Source of the DNA: Macrostomum hystrix
Lineage: Eukaryota > Animalia > Platyhelminthes
DNA length: 64,000 bases
Assembly: GCA_950097015.1 (NCBI GenBank)
Contig: CATNEN010000014.1
Location: 1,984,001-2,048,000 of the forward strand
Reading direction: 5' to 3'
The position numbers were made by a program, and so were the translations under genes. The first letter of the stretch is position 1, and the number at the start of each line of letters is the position of its first letter. Below the pieces are notes generated by a model. That model did no database searches. It was not told the DNA's origin and was given only the letters and a program-made list of their open reading frames with translations. This document shows, in pieces, positions 11,710 through 23,764 of this stretch.

Positions 11710-12909
11710 GAGAGAATTCTGGAGACGAATACTTTTCTATACTTTTCTCCTTGGTGTGCTGTGCTTTAAAAGAAAAGAAAAATTCTGGAGACGACTGCTG
11801 CTGCTGCTGATGATGCGAATTTGGCGATTTGTAGCTGGCCGAATGTTTGTCTATGGCATAAAGTGTGTGATGAGAGCGAAAACCAGATTTTTGCATTGAG
11901 TGACGTATCTTGGGTATTTATAATCTTTGCTCCAAACGCAGTGCAGAGGGTCCCTTTGCTTTGCGTTGTTAAAGTATAATGCTTATTGAAATGGGCCGTA
12001 CGTTAGCAGACGATAGAAATTTAGACTTTGATATAGCGGGGATTGATAATTAAGAAAGTTGGACGAATGATTATAGACACTGCGTCTTTATTGAAAGTTT
12101 GAAAAATCACTGAACGCCAAGAGATTTATAACGGGTCTGGGAGAGAGAACGGAAGGGCAGGGGTCAGTCAGAGTCTTTACTAAGTCTTTATCAGTACTCA
12201 GTACTTTGATATGCATCACGGCTCACTCATCCCGTAATAAGTCACCGACTTCATTACTAGCCTAGTTAATGCTATTGTGATTCATGATAAATAAACGAGA
12301 AAATGTCTTATTCCATAGTCCTGGTCACGAGCAGAAAGAAGCATGAATTGTCGAATTAAATCGAGACTGTTGAGAATCGAGTGACCTATTTTTCACATAT
12401 TAACAGCCTCAGTAAAAGTGACTTCGTTTTGGTGTAAATTTACAGCCAAACTCATAACATGCCGTTATTATATATTTACACTGATTACACAAGACAAGCA
12501 ATCGCAGCACTAGATAAAAACACACTTTGCTATTGAGAGTAGCTGAAGAGTATAAATTACACAGACTGTGTAGCATAAAATCCAGATTGGACAGGCTAAT
12601 TAGGTTTCAAAGTAGGCCTTTGAACCGGTCAGTCATAGCAGCTTCATAGATAGAGCAGCAACAGTTTGTTCTGTGGCGGCTGCAGCCGCAGCTGGAAAGG
12701 GAAAATTCACAGAACGAATTCCCAAACAAAACAGTTAAAATGACAGGCAACAGAGCGCGGCAGCAGCTTGGCTTTCTAAAAAGCGAATTCAAATATGCGA
12801 CTCAGAACAGGGCGGCATGCAGTGCCATTGTCGGTAAACGCAGCGCAGACAGTTGCGCGGGCTAAAAATAGCACCTGTGGCTGACCAGGAGAGCAGACAC
12901 CTCAGCCAA

Positions 12910-13235
12910 TCAGCAGGTGGACAGGCAGGCAGACAGAAAACAGGTGGACAGGCAGGCAGACAGAAGACAGGTGAACAGGCAGGCAGACAGGAAACAGGTG
13001 GACAGGTAGGCAGACAGAAAACAGGTGGACAGGCAGGCAGAAAACAGGTGAACAGGCAGGCAGACAGAAGACAGGTGGACAGGCAGGCAGACAGAAAACA
13101 GGTGGACAGGCAGGCAGACAGAAGACAGGTGGACAGGCAGGCAGACAGAAGACAGGTGGACAGGCAGGCAGACCAACAGGTGGACAGACAGGCAGACCAA
13201 CAGATGGACAGGCAGGCAGACTAACAGGTGGACAG
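12910..13235. repeat. Minisatellite, ~24-27-bp unit (CAGGCAGGCAGACAGAAAACAGGTGGA)
   Basis: About 12 degenerate copies read directly, just downstream of the BRMS1-like stop. Confidence 0.9.
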
Positions 13236-13338
13236 ACAAACAGCACAAAGGGGCAGGCAGATAAAAAGCTCAAATACTAAGAACTGAGTCTGTGCTCAGG
13301 CGGCAGAAACTAAAAAAAGCGGAGCGGCAAGTAGCCGC

Positions 13339-14510
13339 TCACACCGGCGCAGCCAGCGGGGAGGCCAGGGCTCTCATGATGGCGCGACAGTCGTCGAGAA
13401 TCTCAGCCTCGGTGAGCTGGTAGATGATGACGGGGCCGCTGACCGGCACAGGCTTCGAGAGAGGCGGCGGCGGCGCATCGGCGGCGGAGGCGACAGTGGG
13501 CGAGGAAGCCAGCAGGTGATCGGCGCGCTGCGTCAAGACGGGACCCGCCGGCAGACGCGAGGCCAGCAGAGGCTGGCGGGCTGGAACAATGAGAAACAAA
13601 ACTTGAATAAAAATCCGTAACTGAACTACTGTTAGTAGCGCATTTGTAAATATAATATATTCAAACGTTTCAATGACCGCTGCGTCTCCCCTACCGTGAC
13701 CGGAGTGCAGCTGATCATGCTGCCTGTCGCCCGCGAGGTGGCTGTCGATTTGACGGCAGATCTGCTGGTGCAGCCGTTCGTACAGCAGCTGCCGGTCCCA
13801 CTGCAGCTGAGTCTGGGCCCACTGCAGCTCGCAGTCCAGGTTGTGTCTGCATTGGATTTGAGGGGAGAATCAGCACTGATTTCACTGTAGGAATCAACCA
13901 ATCAGCAGAGCCAGCCAATCAGGAGAGCCAGCTAATCAGCAGAGCCAGCTAATCAGCTGAGCTAGCTAATCAGCTGAGCCAGCCAATCAGCAGAGCCAGC
14001 TAATCAGCTGAGCCAGCTAATCAGCTGAGCCAGCTAATCAGCTAAGCCAGCCAATCAGCTGAGCCAGCCAATCAGCTGAGCCAGCCAATCAGCTGAGCCA
14101 GCCAATCAGAGCAGGCAAGAGTCTCACTTGGCAGAGCGGGTCCTGAGCTGTCTGGTGAGCTTGGCCACCTGCAGCCTGATGCGGCAATTCTCGGTAAGCT
14201 GCGCCAGAGGCTCCAGGTACTCTGGCGCCCGTCCGTCCAGCACCTCCTGCTCCTTGGCGCGCAGGAATGCAAGCCGATCGTCAAATAGGTGCGACTTCAA
14301 CCTGGCGAACTCTGCCTCAAGGTGCGCGATTTCGTCAACGTAGTCAATGCGGCACTTGTCATAGTCAGTGTCTTCGATTGAAACCTGCTGCTGCTGCTGC
14401 ACAGGCTGATCAAATGATGAGGCATCGGAGGCAGCAGTTGCTACGCTGGATGGCCCGTTAGCAGCCAGGTGAGGCGGGGACTGAGGCGGCAGCGATGGCG
14501 GCTCCGACAT
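13339..14510 (-). CDS. BRMS1: BRMS1/BRMS1L-like Sin3-HDAC complex subunit (Sds3 family), 3 exons
   Basis: Exons 14510-14128, 13846-13695 and 13580-13339, all GT-AG and phase-compatible. Protein includes LEAEFARLKSHLFDDRL...APEYLEPLAQL...K|HNLDCELQWAQTQLQWDRQLLYERL and the C-terminal PVPVSGPVIIYQLTEAEILDD, which match BRMS1-family motifs. Confidence 0.85.
13897..14108. repeat. Intronic 17-bp minisatellite (AGCCAGCTAATCAGCTG)
   Basis: About 12 copies filling most of BRMS1-like intron 1. Confidence 0.9.
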
Positions 14511-14680
14511 GATTTAACTTTGCTTGGGGATTTTTTCGCTTTTGCGTGCCAGGTGAGTAGGCCTTTTCTGGGTACAGCTGAGCTGGAATGGTGCAAATAT
14601 CAATGCACAACTTATCGATCTACCTGCCTATCTACCTCCTATCTACCTGATCATACATTGCCTGCTTATCTAGTCACACA

Positions 14681-15780
14681 CCTGTCTGTTTATCTGGTCA
14701 TACACCTGTCTGCTTATCTGCTCATACACCTGTCTGTTTATCTGGTCACACACCTGTCTGTTTATCTGGTCACAAACCTGTCTGTTTATCTGTCTATACA
14801 CCTGTCTGTTTATCTGTTTATACACCTGTCTGTTTATCTGTCTATACACCTGTCTGCTTATATACTCATACACCTGTCGGCTTATCTGGTCATACACCTG
14901 TCTGCTTATATACTCATACACCTGTCGGCTTATCTGGTCATACACCTGTCTGCTTATATACTCATACACCTGTCGGCTTATCTGGTCATACACCTGTTTG
15001 CTTATATACTCATACACCTGTCTGCTTATCTGGTCATACACCTGTCTGCTTATATACTCATACACCTGTCTGCTTATATACTCATACACCTGTCGGCTTA
15101 TCTGGTCATACACCTGTCTGCTTATATACTCATACACCTGTCGGCTTATCTGGTCATACACCTGTCTGCTTATATACTCATACACCTGTCGGCTTATCTG
15201 GTCATACACCTGTCTGCTTATATACTCATACACCTGTCGGCTTATCTGGTCATACACCTGTCTGCTTATATACTCATACACCTGTCGGCTTATCTGGTCA
15301 TACACCTGTCTGCTTATATACTCATACACCTGTCGGCTTATCTGGTCATACACCTGTCTGCTTATATACTCATACACCTGTCGGCTTATCTGGTCATACA
15401 CCTGTCTGCTTATATACTCATACACCTGTCGGCTTATCTGGTCATACACCTGTCTGCTTATATACTCATACACCTGTCTGCTTATCTGGTCATACACCTG
15501 TCTGCTTATATACTCATACACCTGTCGGCTTATCTGGTCATACACCTGTCTGCTTATATACTCATACACCTGTCGGCTTATCTGGTCATACACCTGTCTG
15601 CTTATATACTCATACACCTGTCGGCTTATCTGGTCATACACCTGTCTGCGTATCTGGTCATACACCTGTCTGCGTATCTGGTCATACACCTGTCTGCTTA
15701 TATACTCATACACCTGTCGGCTTATCTGGTCATACACCTGTCTGCGTATATACTCATACACCTGTCTGCTTATCTGGTCA
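14681..15780. repeat. 24-bp minisatellite with 48-bp higher-order dimer
   Basis: Alternating TCATACACCTGTCTGCTTATATAC / TCATACACCTGTCGGCTTATCTGG, about 46 monomers. Confidence 0.95.
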
Positions 15781-16216
15781 AAACCGCAGCAAAGTAAAAA
15801 CATTCGAAGCCATTATAATGCATTATAAATCCTAATAGATTAAATACCACAGAACATTAATTTATTAAGTCAACAACAATTGCTGTTTGCTATTTTCAAA
15901 AGCAATAAATGTTTGACTTGCTAGAGATTATTTGCCATAACTAACAACACTGCACTAATGTAAAGTGTTCGAAAAATAAATTTAACAAAATGCGATTCAC
16001 ACTACTAGAAGTAGAGTGAAAATGATAAGCAAATCAGCCGAATAAATAGGTTGATGAGAAATACAGAGAAACAACACAAAAATTGCGGAGGCTTGTAGCA
16101 TACTACTAACAGTTAAAATACAAGTAAACCGAATGGGCATTTTTCAATCGCTTTTGCCTTGACTTGGTGCTGAATATTAAAGTACAGACGAGCAGTAAAC
16201 AATGGCAGCGGGGCAC

Positions 16217-16753
16217 TTAGAGGAAGGACTGGCTCCACTCGGTCAGCGCCTTGAAGCAGTCGCCGGCCTGCTTGGCGTTGGCTCCAGACTGCTCCTTCAG
16301 CCAGTCGGTGAACATCTCCTCATCCTTCTTAACTACCAGGAACTGGCCGAGCACCACGTAGGCCTGAGAATAGGAAGCAGGCAGGTGCGCAGTGCATTGA
16401 TACTTGTAGCTTAGATCTCTGAAACTTACTAGATGACGAGGCATTTAGTCAAATAACTGAAGGTATAGTTACTCTCGTCGTCTACTCAATTGCCATTCAA
16501 AGTGTTGGCATGTCTCTCGCATCGAATCATCTCCGTGATGACATAATGTGCCATCCTCAGGATTTGAAAAGCATCCCAAAAGTACTAAAATTCAGCACAC
16601 GCCAGGACTTGGGCTCCTGCTGTATCTCACCTTATCGCAGCCATTGTCCTGAAGTCTTTGGCCAAGCTTCTCTCCAATGCCTGGCAGTTCAGTGACAGGC
16701 TTGTCACCCATTGGCTCAGCAACAAAATTCTTGTGCTTCTGTGATGTGGACAT
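16217..16753 (-). CDS. BANF1: Barrier-to-autointegration factor, 2 coding exons, 89 aa
   Basis: Exon 16753-16631 [45 protein letters not shown] intron, exon 16363-16217 [48 protein letters not shown]. This is a near-canonical BAF. Confidence 0.97.
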
Positions 16754-17220
16754 GGCTTAGGATTCAGGCTGCAACTTTAAGATCAATATTGATTTTAGAA
16801 TTTAATTGCTGATTTATGCATCTGGCCTGTGTTTAGCACAGAGTAGTGGCCCAAAAGCTTAATTAAATTATAGCAAGATCAACCTTAACATTCTCATAAA
16901 AATGTATTGAAAAAACCTTCACATCTGTCTCTGTTTTAGTCAAACTTAATTAGCTCACAGGGGTCACTATGTCCAATTTAGTAGACATGTTGGCAATTTT
17001 CTTTTCAAGATTTTGAGACAATTTTGAAACAATACAAAAGGGTTGTCTGGCCATTTTAAGATTTCAGTTCAACTGATATATAATATATTGCATAATAACA
17101 GAGCTAAAAAAGCCACACCAACCTAACACAATGAGAGGGTACAAAGTACAGGTATATAGAATAGCATTTGGCATTAATATATAGGCTAAGCATGCTTAGC
17201 TGTTCTATGCTTTGTAAGAG

Positions 17221-17785
17221 CCATAGTCCGGATCATGTCGTTTACGCCGGAGATCTCCGGCGTAAATCTGGTTTGGGATTGGAGGCTGGCGTAAGTGCTT
17301 GGCGTAAGTATAGGCCAAAATGTGCCTTGGCGTAAGTGCTTGGCGTAAGTACATGGCATAAATCAAGTGGTGTAAATGTTAGCACAAATGAGATCATTCA
17401 CGATCAAATGTATCACTATAGAACATAACACATTTGCGTTAATTATGATGTTTGCATTAATTAGGAGCAGCATTAAAACAAAGTTCATTAAAATATTGCA
17501 GTTCATATAAATGAGATAGCAGAATATCTATTGTAGGATAGCAAAAGTTTTTTTAGCTTTAAGATGCTTACTTTGATACTTGATTCAGAATTTGCAACTT
17601 GTGAGATTTTTAAACAGTTGCAACTTCTGAATTTAATTAATCACTGATTAACATGATTTGTGAAGGACCTTTTTTGGGTGGCGTAAGTCAGAGGGACCTT
17701 TTTTTGGTTGGCGTAAGTCTGGCGTAAGTGCCAAAAAATGTTGGATTTTTCCTCCGGCGTAAGTCCAGCATGATCCGGACTATGG
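17221..17785. mobile_element. MITE with 17-bp TIR and repeated GGCGTAA motifs
   Basis: CCATAGTCCGGATCATG...CATGATCCGGACTATGG flanked by TGTAAGAG on both sides (17213-17220, 17786-17793); about nine internal GGCGTAA copies. Confidence 0.88.
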
Positions 17786-18481
17786 TGTAAGAGCAGTGTA
17801 ATGCAAAATGAGTACAAACTCTAGGAGTCTAGTAGCTACTGTAGTACCAACTACAAAGTCCATGTAAAATGGTGGCAAATATTAAAAAATAGGGAATATT
17901 TTTGGTGAATATCAAACAACAAACATGAGTATAACATGGATTAAAGATGTGAGCAAAAAATATGCTTTGAAAATACTTGAGAGATTGCACACAAATGTCA
18001 GTTTACGAATGTACCCACAGAAATAGCATAGCACATTTACTTGTATCAAATGTTCAATTTCCTAAAAATAAATATTACTTTTATGCAAAAGACATAGTGT
18101 AACAGTTAAATATAGTATTAGGATTGATTTCAAATATAGCACATAACACACAGTTTTACTGAAAAATGTTTTACTTTTTTAATTATAAGCAAAACATTTA
18201 ATAGAAAAATTAAATAGAAAATTAAATATAAAAATGTATGACAATATAATAAATGTATGAAATAAAGAAAAAGCTAGTTTAGCTAATTAGTTTATTAGCA
18301 GACTTAAATATATAGTTAAAAGGCAAAGCTATTATTTAGCCTACTTTTTGTTTTTTATGTTAGTTTAGCCATTCCAGAACGCGTATCACAGACAGTCCTT
18401 TGAAACCAAAAGGTGCAATTTGACTTAGTATGATTACCATACGCATCATCTAGGATACCGCTGCACGCAAAAACTTTTTCT

Positions 18482-20589
18482 GGGTGTGTATAAAGCCAGG
18501 GCTCGGCTGGAGGTCAGTGGCATTAAAACAAAGTTTAAAGAATAGTCGGGCAGATAAGTCGAAACATGAAGAATAAAAGAAATTCATATGCGTGTATAAA
18601 TTATGATTGTTTCTATAAATTTTTTATTTATCTTTACATCACGAAGTTAGTTACATAGAATTTTTTAAATTTCTTTTTTACCGGCGGTAATTACGTCAAA
18701 TATTAAGTCATATATTAATATAAATAAATTTAAGTCAAATAGAGGCTATTCGAATTTTAAAACGGCGAAAGCTTTCGTATAAATATATTATCGTAGGGGC
18801 TTATAAACCGCTCATAAGCCCGTTATAAGCCGAAGTTTATTTTGAACGACCAGTCACCAGACCAAGTTATAAGTAACATCGCTGCTTGAAGCAGTTAGTG
18901 GCGAATAAGAGTTACATCAAGATCTAGTTGAAAAGTAGTTTTTCATTTGTGGCGAACGAGTTTAAAAAAAGTGGGTTTATAGCGAGTCGCTAGTGAAACG
19001 GGAGTGTAATCTTATCTAATCTTTCGCTTCCGCTTGAAATAATACGAAAGAGCCTTAGCAATACCAATGCTCGATTGTACACGCAATATTTTCTCAATAT
19101 GCCTTTTCGTAATTCAATATCGAGAATCTCATTGCAAAACGATATTCTCAAAATTACATATTATAAAATACAAAATCAAAAGAATTAAAAAATAAATGCC
19201 TTGATCAAGCCTTGTTTTGCAATAACATGGTGTTAAATTCTAGCAATTTTCGCAGTATATAACTTCAACTGTGTATCTTAAAGATTTAAACTTAAAATGC
19301 AGCTGAAAGTAAAGTGTTAAAGCAGTTATAGTGACGTCCAGCTCGTTAATTTCCGATGGCCTTTTGTCTAAGACGCTTGATCGTCTAGGACGCGTACACG
19401 ACATTTTGGTTCGAATCTGTCGGCAATACATTTTTGTCCGAGAGTGTTTTCGATCAAAGTTTTACACTGACCAACTGCAATGGTCTAACAACACCAATAG
19501 ATGTTTTTTATATAACTTCTAACCATTTCTCTAAATAATTGAACTTTTTATACTCGTACTTATTATTAGCGTATGCTGTCTGAATTTATCACGGAAAAGG
19601 TATCCGATATGTTTAGAAAAACTGAAAATAAAATTTTAGGATCTTTGACATATGCGTCGATGGAATTTATTCTGATTGGATAGGTCAGCAAAGTTATAAC
19701 AAAAAAAGCATTGGCTTTGGTAATAAATTATTATTTGCAAACCTCAATATGTTAATATGGCTCGGAAATTAACGAGCTGGACGTCACTATAACTGCTTTA
19801 ACACTTTACTTTCAGCTGCATTTTAGGTTTAAATCTTTAAGATACACAGTTGAAGTTATAGACTGCGAAAATTGCTAGAATTTAACACCATGTTATTGCA
19901 AAACAAGGCTTGATCAAGGCATTTATTTTTTAATTCTTTTGATTTTGTATTTTATAATATGTAATTTTGAGAATATCGTTTTGCAACTTTGCAAGTTTGC
20001 AACTTTTCAACTAGATCTTGATGTAACTCTTATTCGCCACTAATTGCTTCAAGCAGCGATGTTACTTATAACTTGGTCTGGTCGTTCAAAATAAACTTCG
20101 GCTTATAACGGGTTTATGAGCGGTTTATAAGCCCCTACGATAATATATTTATACGAAAGCTTTCGCCGTTTTAAAATTCGAATATAGTCTCTATTGGACT
20201 TAATATTAATATTAATATATTATTAATATTAATAATATTAACGGTATATTATATTATTATATACCTTGATTGATACCTATTATACCTATTATATCTTGAT
20301 ACCTATATTACATCTTGATACCTTGATACCTATTATATACCTTTATATACCTTGAATAATATGACTTAATATTTGACGTAATTACGGCCGGAAAAAAGGA
20401 AATTAAAAAATTCTATGTAACTAACTTCGTGATGTAAAGAAAAATTAAAAATTTACAAAAACAATCATAATTAATACACGCATATGAATTTCTTTTATTC
20501 TTCATTTTTCGTCTTATCTGCCCGACTATTCTTTAAACTTTGTTTTAATGCCACTGACCTCCAGCCGAGCCCTGGCTTTATACACACCC
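18482..20589. mobile_element. 2.1-kb Foldback/Mutator-like non-autonomous element with very long TIRs
   Basis: Starts GGGTGTGTATAAAGCC and ends GGCTTTATACACACCC, with a 9-bp TSD ACTTTTTCT (18473-18481, 20590-20598). Arms ~18482-18935 pair with ~20003-20589 and ~19133-19354 with ~19763-19985; spacer ~400 bp. Confidence 0.88.
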
Positions 20590-21659
20590 ACTTTTTCTGA
20601 CTCGAAAAAACCGAACACAAAACCGGTTCAAATGCCTGCGCATTTTAATCCGGGAAAACCAAATCGAAAACCAAATCCAGGGCTGTTTCGTTTTAACATC
20701 GCTATATAACATGCAAAAGGACGCATTGTCATCGATCTATAACATGTTAGATGTTGCATGTAGAATATGTTTATTCCAAGAAAAAATATTTATATAGCTA
20801 ACGAGCTATATAAATTATTAATATTACCTATAACTAGCCTAGCTAAACTAAAAATAGCTAGTTAAAAAGTAGGCATTTTCTTATTGCTACACTGCTAGTA
20901 AGGGGCTTTCTATTAGGATTACTTCAAGGCTAAAGTAGGCATTAACGCAACATCTAACATATGTTATACACCGATGTACATGCCCACTTTTTGCATATGT
21001 TATAACCCGAAGTTAGAACGAAACAAATAGAAAATAGATAGAAATAGTGCCCACATACTTTATTAATACTTTATTATTACTAAGGTATGGGCACTGCCCG
21101 GCCCTATGTAATGCTTAAGTATTTCAATTCGTTTGCATGTACTACAATTAAAATTCTATGGATAGATAACACAGTTAGACATGCACGGTATAACAAATTA
21201 CGATACGATACTAGAACGTCGGTAGCTATGCACTACCTATTACAGACTTGCAAATAAAAGTTGCAAGAGATACAATAATTTCTGGGATCTGGCTATACAA
21301 GAACATTCGCAAGGCTGACAATTAGGACGAGCTGCTTTGCTATGAATTAGTGTTGCCTAGTCGTATTTGATTCACTCGAAATCAGCAATTAAAATGAACA
21401 CACGATCATCATTTTAATAGTACTATACAATCTCCCACGCTTTTAAGATCCCTACGCAGTAGCAGCCACGACTAGCTATTGACTAATAGAGGGTCATGTC
21501 CTGGCTATAGGCTGCGGTTGCGGTTCCCTAAAGCTGCAAAATTATTGAGACGGCCGCCATGTGCAAAAGCAATTAGCCAGGACTGCATATTATACACTGA
21601 CACTATCGCCACACCGAATGCCAGTGCCTAGGCCATCGGAGCCCAGCTGTCGCAGATCC

Positions 21660-22290
21660 AGAACGGTGCAGTCGGTCCAGGACGGTGCAGGACGGCCCAG
21701 GACGACCCGTCGCCTTCGCCAACCGAGCACTGACTGCGGCGGAACAGCGCTGCGCCGCGAACGATTGCGAGTCTCTGGGCAATGGAGACCTGGGCGATGG
21801 AGGCGACCGAACTCCACAAAGAGATAGTACTGACGGACAATGGAATCGAGTTCGGCATTGGGTTCTCAGACTTCATGGCCAAGCAGGGCATCCAGATCCA
21901 GCATGCTAAGACGAGCCTCTGTCATCCACAGAACAATGGGCAGACGAAGCGTCTTAATCGATCGCTACTCGCCCGCATCAGGGCCGCCATGGCTGAGAAC
22001 AGGCCGTTTTAAGACCTGTGTCGGACTTCCTGGCAGCTCGGAGCTTGGAGCTCGGAGGGTCCGCCCCGAGACGTTCTACCCCGGCGAGTGGGTGAGAATC
22101 TGACGCAAGGACCACTGTAGTATAGTAGTTATACTACAGTGGTCCTTGATCTGACGGCACGTCAAGAAGGGCAAGCTTTAGCACCCGCCTGTCAAAGCCA
22201 CTCCGAATGCTCCGCCAGGTGGGATACCATACGTTCGAGCTCAGCGATGGCACTAAATGGAGCCAAGTTTCGTCCACCTCTTCTTCCCCG
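21660..22290 (+). mobile_element. Heavily deleted Gypsy pol remnant (RNase H and integrase fragments)
   Basis: RPVAFANRALTAAEQRCA (RNase H), VLTDNG...HPQNNGQTKRLNRSL (integrase core) and FYPGEWVR / YHTFELSDG (C-terminal), in several frames. A PPT-like GAAGGGAA followed by TGT at 22470-22480 may start a 3' LTR. Confidence 0.8.
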
Positions 22291-23011
22291 CGCGTAAAAA
22301 TACACGAACTTTTTTGCTTATTTGTAGAGACTTTTCGCGCGACACACGCATTTTGGCTCTTAGACAACAATCTCCGGGTTATTAATTTCCTGGACTGAAC
22401 AAATGTACTTTAAGATCAGAATTATCTTTGCTAGTTCCTTCAATTCTAGTTTAATTCTTAAAACTCTTTGAAGGGAATGTATATCAATGTTCACGTGACA
22501 TCTAACGTCTAAGTCTAAGTCTAAAATCTGCCAAGTGTAAATTGTAACACTTCAGGTTTTCAATTACGGCTGTAAAATATTTATATTTGATAAACTTGCT
22601 ATTTGAATCACTTTATTGAGCGCAATCTATTTAGGTATTTAAGTAAGTTGGGACGAGGATAAAAATGCACAGAAAGCAAGCTGCATAGCACCCGACACAA
22701 TGCACCCATGGCCGGGCTGTGCAGTTACAGGTGGTAGGCAAGCAAAAGCTCGACATATTAGTTTTCAGTCTTGAATACTAACAGTAATAATATTTGTTGT
22801 TCTAATCCGATTCGGGAAATTTAGCGAAGCAAATATATGTGTGTGGACTCATTAATCGCTTTAAGTACAGTCATTTGGCTACGGCTTATCTAAAGGACTT
22901 GTTCATCAACGATACAATTTATGCATTTTCATGTGCTTTTAAGCCAGCAGAAAATTCTGATGCATATATCACGGAAGAAATTCACTTCCAGCTGTTTATT
23001 TCGAGCAGACT

Positions 23012-23764
23012 TCATTCCTTGCGCTTGTAGTAGCGGGTCGCAGTCACTTCCGGGTGGATGATGGTCTGAAACGAGGTTTTCAAGTGCAGGGAGTCGAACG
23101 ATGATCCATCATCTGCACTTTGAAACCGGGGTTATGGAATTACTTCTGTCTTCTGTCTCACCCAGAAGTGACGTCACTCACCATCAGTAGTTCCCCGTCG
23201 CCAACAATCTCTCGTACAATTTTCACGCGCACGTTGGCCTTGATGTCATCCTGGCTGGCCGAGTTCAATGGTCCACAGTAGATGACCAGCTTGCCATCCT
23301 CCCACTTGGTCAGGGCCTGCAGAGTTCGTAGTGCAGGAGTCTCGATATAGTTCTTTTCAAATGGTTGGGACAATCCCAGGTTTAACAATTCACATGTTAC
23401 TGAACTTTAAAAAATCCCGCCTCACATCGTGCATGTCCTTGGCTCCACCGGACCAGGGCACGACTCCGTCAACCTTGAACACTGTCTCATCGTGAAAGCC
23501 CAATGAGCTGACCGACAACTTCAGTTCGGAGTCGCTCAACTTCTCCAGCACAAGAGACGAAGTCAGTTTCGGCCCGATCTTCTGCTTGAGCCAGCCCATG
23601 CCTTCAGTGCAAAATACGGGGTTTATCGGCTACCTGTCATTTCCTCAATTCCTGCAAGGCGGTGAATCATGCAAGCGATCGATCTCACCAAGCTTCTCAA
23701 AGAATATCTCCAGGTTTTCGCTCTTGTAGCTCTCCCACTTGCCGAACAGGCTGTTGTTGTCCAT
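23012..23764 (-). CDS. Fatty-acid-binding protein (FABP/iLBP family), about 4 exons
   Basis: Exon 23764-23689 MDNNSLFGKWESYKSENLEIFFEKL-G (classic GxW and conserved phase-1 intron). Exon from 23601 MGWLKQKIG...ETVFK. Exon ending 23182 ...TKWEDGKLV...VREIVGDGELLM. Last exon 23065-23012 TIIHPEVTATRYYKRKE*. The exon 2/3 junction (~23480-23390) is uncertain. Confidence 0.85.

Larger units (their letters stand above)
9972..11929 (-). mobile_element. Second P-element-like transposon (non-autonomous, THAP remnant) with ~81-bp TIRs
   Basis: TIR CAAAGATTATAAATACCCAAGATACGTC...TTTATGCCATAGAC (9972-10052) is mirrored at 11849-11929 (1 mismatch). Perfect 8-bp TSD CTCCAAAC at 9964-9971 and 11930-11937. 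Confidence 0.92.

Noticed and set aside
14469-15828. 442-, 377- and 276-aa ORFs
   Set aside because: Translations of the 24/48-bp array in several frames on both strands; no protein-like content.
20696-21010. Degenerate inverted repeat (TATAACATGTTAGATGTTGC / GCAACATCTAACATATGTTATA)
   Set aside because: Probably an old MITE, but ends and TSD could not be defined.
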